Positions 1 to 10,668 of a stretch of DNA of 64,000 nucleotides are shown in pieces. Below the pieces are notes generated by a model, which saw only the letters and a list, made by a program, of their open reading frames with translations, did no database searches and was not told the origin of the DNA. Position 1 is the stretch's first letter. Each line of letters opens with the position of its first letter. The DNA lies in assembly GCA_051362555.1 (NCBI GenBank), contig CM120641.1:20832001-20896000 (forward strand). The letters are read 5' to 3'. The DNA is from Lingula anatina (Eukaryota > Animalia > Brachiopoda). The position numbers were made by a program, and so were the translations under genes.

Positions 1-2382
1 ACTGACCAACAGATAACCATCCTTTGTTATATTACTTTTCTCCTGTAAATAGAAGAAACAATATATCCTGTTTAATTACATTAAGCCATGATGTTAATGC
101 TTCCACCAATATTTCATGAAAGAAAGGATCCTTTATGCATGTACCCTAACATATCTACTCAAATAAAATTTTTGTCACATTCAAAAGGGTGAAATTTCAA
201 CCAATATAAACCACAAATGACACAGTCTTCCATATATATTACAGTGATAAAAACCAATACATGCTGCTCCCTCAACAAACTAATTCTACCTACCATTTCT
301 TTTAGCCGTGGTCGGATCCAAACTGGTATCCAATCAGCACTATCGATGTGAAACTTTGCTTGGACTTTGGAGTTCACTAAAATCAATAATAGAAATAAAA
401 TAATAACTGATTTTTCGGCATGCAAACATCCAACTTTCTTAGGAAGCAATGAATGAGTTTAAAAATCAATGTCACATTGTAAAAGTATTTATGCTCAAAA
501 TGTCAAAATCAATTGGTGCTTAATTCAAAAATATAATTAGTTCACTATCTTACTACTACAACAGACTACATTCCCACAGATTTTAGATCCAATCTATCCC
601 TGTGGGGAGTTTCACTACATTACTGTCAGCTTAGCCAGCTTAAATGTCTGCCCCGCCTACTGAAAGCTGTAAGGGGGTAATTAACTTCCGTGCACGCTCG
701 GCTGACAGCATTTTGGTGTGAACCCAAGGGAGAAAGGTCGATCCAGATGGATCGATCTAAATCTGTGGGAATGCAGTCTTATTCATCATCTTATAACTTT
801 AACCAGTTTTCATATCCTATGTTAGTTCATCTTTAACCATTTTCAACCTTCATGTTCGTCATCTTTACCTTTATTTACATGTTGTCCTCCAGGTCCACCA
901 CTGAGTGTATACTTAAATTCCAAACTGCCTGTGTCACAAAAAAGTACATATTTATATAATAATTTACTGTGCAGCTTACAAATATAAACAAACAGGAATA
1001 ACCATCCAATTTATAAAGTCATCAAAGGAAGTAGCATAACTGATTACAACAGTAAGTCACTGGATGACCTTGTGGTTAAAGCATCTTCCTCCAGAGCAGA
1101 AGGATGTTGCTTTGATTCAGTTGGGGATATACATGTGTATAGTACCAGTCTTTTATACACAGCACCTTATGTCTGTTTGTTTGGCACTCAATCAGCATTT
1201 AAAGGCTGAAGCAGGGTTACTAATAAGTACCTGGTCTAGTAATGAAGTATATTGTACAGCCATATTTTCTCCAGGGAGGTGAGAATTATCTACTTGTTTG
1301 AATCAGATCCACACATTTTATAAAGCATACCGAGATGCAGTGTCATGCAGTACATATATAATTTTTGACTTACTGTCCCTTAATTAATAACACATTTAGA
1401 AAACACTTTACCTTCAGGAATATACCCATTAAATTCTTCTTGGGTCTCTGTTTCGGGCAATTCTTGAGAAGGTTCCTGAAATTTTACAAGTTTGGTATTA
1501 GTCCATGAAAAGGGTTAAAATCTAATTGCAATCTCATCTTTACAAGTCCTATTCCACATTTTATTATCAATTTTATATTAAAAACAAGACAATCACTCAG
1601 AAAACTATTCATTTTATCCCAAAGACAAAAGCAAAATTAAAGTTAGGGATCATGTTATCGGAATCCCACTGTGCCTTTGGGACCATTCTCACAGATATTT
1701 GGATCCATCTATCTCCCTGGGGAGTCTCACTAAATTGCGATTAACTTAACCAGTTTAAACATCTGTCATGCCTAGTTAAACTGTTAGGGGGCAATATTAT
1801 AGCTGATTCGGTAGGCGTGTGACAGACATTTAAGCCTCTTGAGCTGATAGCAATTTAGCGTGAACCCCCAAGGAGTTAGGTCGATCTAGATGGATCGATC
1901 AAGGTATGGGAACCCATTCTGGGAGACCGATCCCAGAGACTATCGTACTAACTTTGTGTCGAACTATCTCCAAGGGGATTCTCGCTTTTAAAATGCAATT
2001 AACTTGGATGGCGTAGATGACTGTCATGCCAGCTGAGGCTGATAGGGGGTAATTAACTATTGTTTAACAGCTTTAGTGGGCGTCCCAGACGTCTAAGCTG
2101 CATTTGTACCATGCACGATGACACTACTAGACTAGGTTCCATCATATAATGTTGGATCTCAGGATGATATTTCTATTTAAATACATGTACATGTATACCG
2201 ACCTTTGGGGGATAATATTCTTTACTCAATTCCCGAGTATCAGTGACATTAAAATCACTCTTTGGGTATAACGTGTCATAAGAGTAGCGGCTTTTGTATC
2301 CTGCTTTTCGGACAGTTATGCCTGCATCTCCGCGACTTGAGAGCGATATTCTGAGGAAGCATCGTGCTACCGTTGAAAACAT
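1..2382 (-). CDS. MRPL58: Mitochondrial peptidyl-tRNA hydrolase ICT1 / mitoribosomal protein mL62, 5 exons in window, 3' end beyond left edge
   Basis: Exons (minus) 2382-2203, 1475-1412, 928-869, 376-294, 42-<1, all GT-AG and phase-consistent. Protein has an Arg/Ser-rich mitochondrial-presequence-like N-terminus, then YKSRYSYDTLYP, FNGYIPE, YTLSGGPGGQHVNKVNSK (GGQ release-factor motif), FHIDSADWIP and ITKDGYLLVS, as in ICT1. Confidence 0.92.
563..779. mobile_element. MITE, family A copy 1
   Basis: Terminal inverted repeats AGACTACATTCCCACAGATTT / AAATCTGTGGGAATGCAGTCT; close homologous copy at 50253-50473. Confidence 0.8.
1679..2160. mobile_element. Two degraded tandem copies of MITE family A in MRPL58 intron 1
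   Basis: Shared internal motifs with 563-779 (CATTCTCACAGAT, ATCTATCTCCCTGGGGAGT, AGGGGGTAATTAACT, GGTCGATCTAGATGGATCGAT); boundaries approximate. Confidence 0.6.
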
Positions 2383-2651
2383 TTTGCGCTAGCATCTACT
2401 CTTCTAATTTGAAGGATTGAAAAGAAAGTTTTAGTCTGGCTACGATTGCCGTAAACGAAAAGTCACATAATCATTACAATGACAGTATACATACCAACAG
2501 AAGTAAATTTCTCGATATATGAATTACGAATATTTTCATAGAAATAAGACTAATCTTCAATTTACCACATTATCTTTCTAATTTCGTTAGAATAAAATTA
2601 GTAATATGTGGTGTAATAGAGACGTGCTTTGAGGCCGTGCTTCACAACTCG

Positions 2652-2733
2652 GGTAGCGTGGCCGAGCGGTCTAAGGCGCTGGTTTAAGGCACCAGTCTCT
2701 TCGGAGGCGTGGGTTCGAATCCCACCGCTGCCA
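2652..2733 (+). tRNA. tRNA-Leu(AAG)
   Basis: 82-nt type II cloverleaf GGTAGCG...CGCTGCCA with A box TGGCCGAGCGG, anticodon arm CTGGT-TTAAGGC-ACCAG, long variable arm and B box GGTTCGAATCC. Confidence 0.97.
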
Positions 2734-2739
2734 CATGTC

Positions 2740-2749
2740 TTTTTTTTTT
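2740..2749 (+). terminator. RNA polymerase III oligo-T terminator of tRNA-Leu
   Basis: T10 run starting 7 nt after the tRNA 3' end. Confidence 0.8.
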
Positions 2750-4582
2750 CTTCGTTTCCTAGTCACCAGTTACTTGGTAGGTGAGATAGCCACAGAAGGC
2801 TCAGCATAGACATAGTACACTACGTATGTTCAAACACTTTTAAACATTTAAATCATATTTTGCTTTATTGGATGACATTTTAATGTAAATTTCAAATTAA
2901 TTTATGTTTAAAATCTCACTGAAAAATTGCATCCAACTGTCATTTCAAGATTGGCCTCAGTTCATAGGAATGATCACACTTTCTCATTATTTTCTTAACT
3001 GCTAAATTCAAAACCAAATCTCTAGTGCCACTATCATGCTAAACACTTCCTGATATCAAAATGAACATTTTTGAATATTCAAATTTATTTCCGTTTATAT
3101 ATACAGAACATATTAAATTTAATGTCATTCAATCTGGTACTTGCTTTTTAATTATAAATAACAAAAAAGTTTTTAAAAATTTGACATAAATTGTAAATAA
3201 ATTGCAATAATTTGTATATATAATTCTCTACTTCAATGAAAATATTAAACTTTTATTTCAGAACCTTAACTTTTCACAACCATTCACTTCGCAAAATCCA
3301 TATTGCAGTCAGAGGATTCAGACCAGATGGTCCACATACTAACAGATCTGGGAACTAAATATGGGCGACCCAGCTACCAGACTCGGCACTGAATGATCCT
3401 GAAGTCATCGGTAGATTGGGTCACAATACCCGTTTTCAAGGTGTGTATCAGTACATGTACTGTACGTGCTTCGAAGCATCTGACGCGACACCGCTCTTGC
3501 CTAGTACGCGATGAGATAGTGATGATTCTCTGTGGTATTGGAAAGTAGTGCATCTCATCTCAAAATTTGTCAAAATTTGTCCTGGGGTATGATACAGTAA
3601 AATGTGTACTGATGTACACCTTGAAAACAGGTCATGAATTTTTATTGGATATGTGTTGGTCCACAATTTTAATGAAATGCCATTGAATAATATTTGTAAA
3701 ATCAACAGAAATAATACTACAGGTCATTTGTCATTAATGTTCACATTTAGCAGCACTTACTGTATATCTACATTGGCACATACTTATATATTACGTAATT
3801 AATATGTAATACATACTACGATATGCATGAGAAATTCACATACTCCAATAACATAGCAATGCAAATAAGGAAAATATATTTATCTTAACAAAAGTTTAAA
3901 CATATTATAATAATAAAGAGAATACATTTATTAAAATAAATCAATGAGGTATGTGATCAGGTAAGTCATTGTTGGACTTCCTAGTTGATGTCCACTAAAT
4001 CTTACTACTCTGATGTTTTCCAATATATATATGTAAATATTTGATATTACATATCAAGTTACATGGGTATCTAATTAAAATGTTTTTCATTATATGACAA
4101 TATATTGTAATTAAAACATATACACTTCATTAAAAAATTAAAGCTAATACACACTTGCTAAAAAATTAAAACAAAAAGGATATCCAAGATCTAGAAAATA
4201 AGCTTGTGATGAAAAGATTATAATGATTTCTAGCCACAATATTCACATTTCATAAATGAATTATATGTGTCTACAATGAATGAACGAGGCAAATTTGACC
4301 TTGGGGGGAAAAAAGGGAAGTGTTTCTTTGGTGAAATCAATTTTACATGAAAAATTCTGAGCCAATAATTCACCCCATGTCTTTATATAATAATAATTCA
4401 AATAAAACAATGAAACATAATTTTACATAGAATATAAACACACACACATACACAAAAAAATCTTTCCAATCATTAACTCTAAATAAAAGTTTGCATTCCA
4501 ATATCAGCTGCTTTAAAATGTGCAGTGAAAAAAATGCACACACACACAAAAATAAAACAAACCATTTTAGATAAAATGTCAC

Positions 4583-7217
4583 TCAACCAAAATGTATTTC
4601 ATCAATATCAGTCAGCTTCTTCCCAAATATTCTTTCTTCATATTCTGACAACTGCTTTAAAAAACCTAAGTTTGGACGAACAACATTTCTTCTATTCTTA
4701 AGCACTTTGTAGGCATCCATTAATGTCCAATGAAACTCTGTAATGAGATATGCAAGTATTACAGCAGAGCTTCGACTTACTCCCAAGTTACAATGGACTA
4801 GAACCTTGCCTTTACTTTGCTTGGCCTGTCTCATAAAGTCTGTTGCTTTAGGGAATATGTTGATTATGTTGGATCCCGGGTCATCTGTTACACGAACCTC
4901 AAAATATTGCATCCGAACTTTAAAAGGAGAAGGATGCTCCAGTCCCACATTAATGACATGAGTGATGCCAAGATCAGAGATGATTTTCTCATTTGTAGCA
5001 TGCTGCCCAGCCCCCTGATACAGCCAATCTTCCAGGATCATAGAAGGATATGTGAAAAACATCTCCTCTCGCTGCAGTTCTGAAAAAATTATCTCATCAG
5101 TACATAAATAAGGGTGTTTAGTTAGCCATGCATCGAAGCCTCCCTCTAACACTTCTGGTTCAAAGTCTTTAAGTCTCATTTGTAACTGAGACATTGGACT
5201 TTCAGTGAGACAGTGTGTCCTTCCATCTTTGTCATACAGAATGATATGAACATACTTAGAGAAGTCACTGACCATCAGAGATTCACTGAGAACTGTGACA
5301 TGAACAGCAGTGATGATATGAAGAGATTCATATTCTTCCTTTTCTCTTGTGTCTATAATCAAAACATAGTGTGGATCATAAAGGTAAGGACTGGTGGGAC
5401 CCTCCATCAACATATTGTAGAACTCCATGGTGCTCAGCATTCCAAGCTCTTTTCTTTGATTGACAGGGACTGGTACCGCCCCTCTTCCAGAAGTGGCATG
5501 GTCAGAGCCTGCCTCCTTCTTACCAACTTCAGCAGACTCTCCATGCTCACCACTACTGGCTGATACAGTGATGAAGCATTTACAAACTTCTGAGGAAATG
5601 ACAGAAGGCTCCCCCTCTTCAGAATCTACTAATGAAGGACATATCTTAGAATTTCTCCTCCCAAAATTTTGCCTTTTCCCAGCAGAGGAAGATTTGGCAT
5701 TAACCTCCGAACTCTCGGCCCCACCTTAAAAAAATCATAAATAAATCAATAAAGCACATTAAGGGAATGCTTACATAAGATAATATTTTACTAAAGATTT
5801 TACTAGGAATAAAAACTAGCTAAATTTGATGTTTTTTTCTTTATGAAAAAAAAGCAAACTACAATTACATGTATGCAGTTAATTCCCAGATTAATCCTGT
5901 ACTGGCAGCAGTAAAGTTCCTCTGGGAAATCTAAATATTGCCTAAGTTTGATCGATAAAAATATTTGACTTTGATCTTTAATAAATCAGAATCACATCCA
6001 ATTTGTCTAGTTATTGATAAACCTCAAGAAATAACTACATAAAATATTCAAACATTTGCCAACACCATAACATTACTTAAGTATCACCCTGGAGCCAATA
6101 TGACTATTTATAAACATCTTTTGCAAATAAAGCTTATGACAAAATATCTAAAAACAAACTGAATTTGCTTCTTGTACATTTACATACTAACCACAATATT
6201 CTACTGAACAAAGAAAGAAAGAAGAAAAAAAAGAAAAAACAGATTCATTGAGTTATAAGGTTTAATAAAATAATAAGTTGAGTTGGGTGAGTCAACATAT
6301 CAAAATTGCTCAGTGCTATGTTGTGGCTAGGACAGGGAAAAATGACCCATAAGCAATGTCACAACAATAATATCAGGCTGACATCAACAATTTTATTTAA
6401 AGGGATAACAACTCTTCGTATGAGATCCATACTTCACAATAAATATGTGGTAAACAACTCATAGGAATATAATAAATTTTATTTTACCACAAAATTGATA
6501 GAGATTTTTACAAAAATCCAAACCTTTGAGGAAAAAAAAACAAAAAAAACTGGGACTAACTTTGAATGTTTGATCGGTTTCATGAACCATTGGTAAGTAT
6601 GGGAAAGTTGTCGATTACCCCAGGAAGATTCATTTTTTGACCAAAATGAACAGTAACAGTTGTTATCCCTTAAAGAATAATCAGTTCATCTGAAGTATCA
6701 GTTTTTGTGAAAGATTGTAAGGCAATCTTAAAGGCAGTTGTTTTCATTTCAGTATGTACAGGTATTTTACTTAGTAGAAATTTATGCATGATGCATAAGC
6801 AGACATATTTCCCTGTTCTATTTGTTGGGATTTGCACAGGAGTGGTGATGAGTGGAAAAATTATATGTTAAGTGAGGCACCTGCTGTTGAGGTCTCTGGT
6901 TAAAACCTACCTTCTGCACCCATGCTATCCTCATGGCCAACTATGAAGTTCTGATACTTGGCTGCTGGTTCTCCAGAATTCTAAAATACAAAATTATCAA
7001 TTTAACAAATTGATGTCTAACTAATTTCAAATTAAATTCTACCATAAATTGCTTGATGCCTACTCAGATTTGACTTTGAAAAAAGAAAAACATGAATGCA
7101 CATTCTTAAAACAAGAATGTTAATTACTTTGTCATCACCAGGTATCAATGACCTCTCAACTCCTTCTCCAGATACATCTTCAATCTTAGTTGTTGCCTTT
7201 GAAACTTTGTGACCCAT
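4583..7217 (-). CDS. STYXL1/MK-STYX-like rhodanese + dual-specificity phosphatase (~433 aa), catalytic motif intact
   Basis: Exons 7217-7128, 6980-6911, 5724-4583 (1302 nt, in frame). Rhodanese/CH2 domain (IIDTREKEEYESLHIITA...LEGGFDAW) plus DSP domain (YPSMILEDWLYQG, VHCNLGVSRS, RPNLGFLKQL). N- and C-termini resemble STYXL1. Probable noncoding exon boundaries at acceptor 8016 and donor 10229. Confidence 0.85.
6401..6670. mobile_element. PIF/Harbinger-like MITE
   Basis: TIR AGGGATAACAACT / AGTTGTTATCCCT flanked by TAA on both sides (3-bp TWA TSD). Confidence 0.7.
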
Positions 7218-8300
7218 CAATGTCCAGATGAAACTGTACTGTACTCTTTTCGAGGTGATCCTAGTGTGAAGTTAGTTTTTCAACTGATATACACTTTCTT
7301 GTGCCATGTGTTGCAACATAAGTGCCCTCAGTTCAATGTGATAAAATCCAGTTTCTTCTGTAACTGAAGTATAAAATCTCCTGTGTATACTGCTATATGC
7401 TTATGGCTACTTCCATTGCAGTGTGTAGCTTACATCAATTTATATTACTGTAACAGTGCTATTTGCCACATGTGAATCAGGAATCCATATATTTTTGTTG
7501 TGTGATACTAAACTCCTTTATCACTTCTTAGAATTGTTTTCCAGATTTTTCTTCTGTCCATAATATGAATTTCCTTCAGTATCCTTTGAATATTTCTTGC
7601 ACTAATGATGTAAGGTAAACTGCCTCCTGTCGAATTGAAATATTACTTCTATTTGAATGTGTTTGCCTTCTAATAATTCAGCTTCTAATAATTAACCTCT
7701 AGAAAGCAATTTCAACCATTTGACTGTGCTGCAATGATACCTGTGTATGAACTCAGGCTCATTTGCCATAACTGAACAATATGGTAAGTACATGTAGATC
7801 TCTTCATCTATGTTTTCTTGTTTTCAGTCTGACTTTTTCTTGATATCCCATATGCAATTGCTTTCAGTCTGTTTTTTTTCCTAATCTTCTGTTTTTTTCT
7901 GGATTGTAAAGCAAATGCGTATATAGCCTTTCAGAAGCTACTTGTAGGCTGCTTTAGGATTCTGATAGCCTGGTTGCATGACAAGGCCGATAGACCAAGT
8001 AGACTGGTGAATCACACTGGAATATTAGAAACATGCACTAAGTACACATATTATCGACAACAGTTACTGAACCAATAACTTGAGATAAGGAGTACTGTGC
8101 AATAAAACAGTACTAGTACTTCAACACTGAATGGATTGAAGGAACACCAAAAGAATGGCATGTTTTGTCCACTAATGCTATACAGCAGATTTTGCAAAGG
8201 CCGGTGTGGGGGAGGGAATGGGGTACATGGGTACATGTAACAATACATGAAACAAAATATATTTTGCCATTTTTTCTGAAGTGAAGCTTCAAGAAGAGTG

Positions 8301-8302
<2 letters not shown>

Positions 8303-8346
<44 letters not shown>
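8303..8346. repeat. (TG)n microsatellite
   Basis: About 21-22 TG units. Confidence 0.95.
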
Positions 8347-8347
<1 letters not shown>

Positions 8348-10299
8348 CAATATAGAAAAATGATTTGTCTTCATTAGTTTGAGGCATATAAAAGCAATCA
8401 TTTCTTCTGTGGTGTGACTGCAGTGCACTTATGATGCATAGCTAAATGTTTTCTTTTCTATGTACAAGTACTTAATTATTACCACTAAAACAAAAAACAT
8501 ATAAATGCATATTTAGAACATTATTTCACTTTCAAGTCTCTCCAATTATTTCACATGCACAAAGATAAAATCAAAATTTAGAAACATTAGATAACTAGAG
8601 AGGATCAGCAGACAGTTATGCCACTAATGTACTTCATTGGATTGACTGTGACATCCTATTGTCCTAGCAATTAAATCATCTCCATCCACTATTTTGTGGT
8701 ATGAGAAGCAAGTGGGACCAATGCCAAGGACCAAATGAAACATATTTTGCAAATTTCCCTCTGTTATATTTCCAAAACTGGCAGAGATACAATCATAGCT
8801 ATAAGGGGTCATAAATAAGTGTTGGAGGGTCTTGTACAACCTGACAAACTAGGTCATGCTGGCATGGAAACATACCACACAATCATAAACCTGATATGAA
8901 ACTGATCTTGGCATTATATTGTAGAATTTTCTAAAGGTAAGGCATGTGCATTTTACCAATCTGCCATATGATTTCATTTAAATATCAAAATGGATGACAA
9001 AACATGATTTTAAAATAAATTTTAATCAAAATGAAATAAAATATTTTATATGAAATAGATGTTACAACAATTTCAATATTTGTTTCTGTTCATGAATGAA
9101 CCTTATTATAGATGAAATTTGAAATATATTTTTTTAAATGCTGAGAAGTGAGCATGTTTTTCTCAAGTCAGCCAATTTGAACTCACGCACAACACAATCT
9201 ATGGGGACACACTGTTATATATAGTCAGTGTGTAATGAGGTACATCCCTTGTCTTGTCTTGTTATTCCCCTGCATCATTACTCCACACTGGTAAAAATGA
9301 GACACATAAGGGAAAAAAACGATATTCTTGATTTCAAATGTACCCTGTACATATACTTGGGCCTGAAAGTGAAAAATGCTTCAATTAGTCATTAAAAATT
9401 GATGAGGAGAAGGAATGAATGTGGGGATATAAAGATATGACCCTGTGTCATCTAGATAAACTGATAACTCTGTTACTCCACTGCTTTAGTCATCTGAAAG
9501 TCTGAAGAAATATTTCTAGGTAGTTCATTTTGTAGGGAAGTACTAGAAGTCAATTCTAAATGACACATTCTGTACAATACAACAATGCTTAAACACATTA
9601 GAGGTTAGTGTAGAGAAGCATCAGGAAAATCTCTTCAGACTACTGTAAATGGCCCCCCAATGTTTCCCTAGCAAAAATATGTACGTTTTATGCATCAGTA
9701 TTTTAATACTAATACACCACACTGTTACTACTGTACCTCAACATTTTAAATTGAAGATTATACATTTTTTCCACTTTTGGATCCCAATTTTTATGGATAT
9801 GGTTGTAAACTAAGAACTGAGTTTTATGTGTCACATTTTTACCAATGGAGAGTAACAATGTGGCCTTTGTGGGGTAGTACACTGTATAATGCGGTGAGTA
9901 AAGCTGATCACATTCAATCAAACTTCTCTAAGTCAGAAAAAAAAAAGATAATAAGACCTAAGAAAACTGATAGGGTCTCTGTGGTGGGTATTAAGAATGA
10001 AGTTGACAAGGCTGTTTGTTTAGTGGAGAGGTTATTTTAAAAGCCAAACAGTACTACAGCTACGAAAAAGCTTCTACTTCTATGACCCTTGAAGTCTACA
10101 CTGTAACACTAAAGACCATATGATACTACCGGTATTACAATACTAGTAATTTATTTTACTTCAGTTCAGACGTAACTATCATAGTAAGTTTCTTATATTC
10201 AAACATCGTTTAGGCTTAAACAATCTACCTGTGCTTAGACATGGTTGCTTAATATTGCTATTGGTTCTCTTTGCACTGACAATAGTTTATATAGCATAG

Positions 10300-10620
10300 A
10301 CATATGATAACGTATCGACTTTCCCAAAACGCGTGGTAATCTCTGAAGTAGACTAAAAGTTTGTTTGGGTCTCGCAAAATCTCGTTGGTCGAATTATCAA
10401 TAAAATTGACAAACAGTCACAATATAAAGATGTATATTATCCAATTTATCAAAAAGAAGTAGGTAATAGGCTTATGGCGTCTAAATGCCACAAAAATGTG
10501 TTTTTCTTAATTTTTTGACGGTCCGGAATCTCCCAACGATCTGATCTGACATTTGATTGGTTGGTTTGTAAATTTACAGCTGGTTGTACACAGGGAAGGA
10601 GTATTCTAGTGTTTCTTGAA
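10300..10620. promoter_or_regulatory. Divergent promoter between the STYXL1-like gene and UBE2S
   Basis: CpG-enriched stretch between the minus-strand first donor (10229) and the UBE2S ATG (10669); TCTCGCAAAATCTCG motif at 10370; inverted CCAAT (ATTGG) near 10556. Confidence 0.6.
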
Positions 10621-10668
10621 TCGCAGGCAATTTTAGCATTGAATATTTCTCCTGTTGTGCTATCGGCA

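Noticed and set aside
4743-5729. Antisense ORFs over the phosphatase exon (and similar ones over UBE2S, SRP54, C16orf89-like and PALS1 exons)
   Set aside because: Shadow ORFs on the opposite strand of real coding exons, without motifs or splice support.
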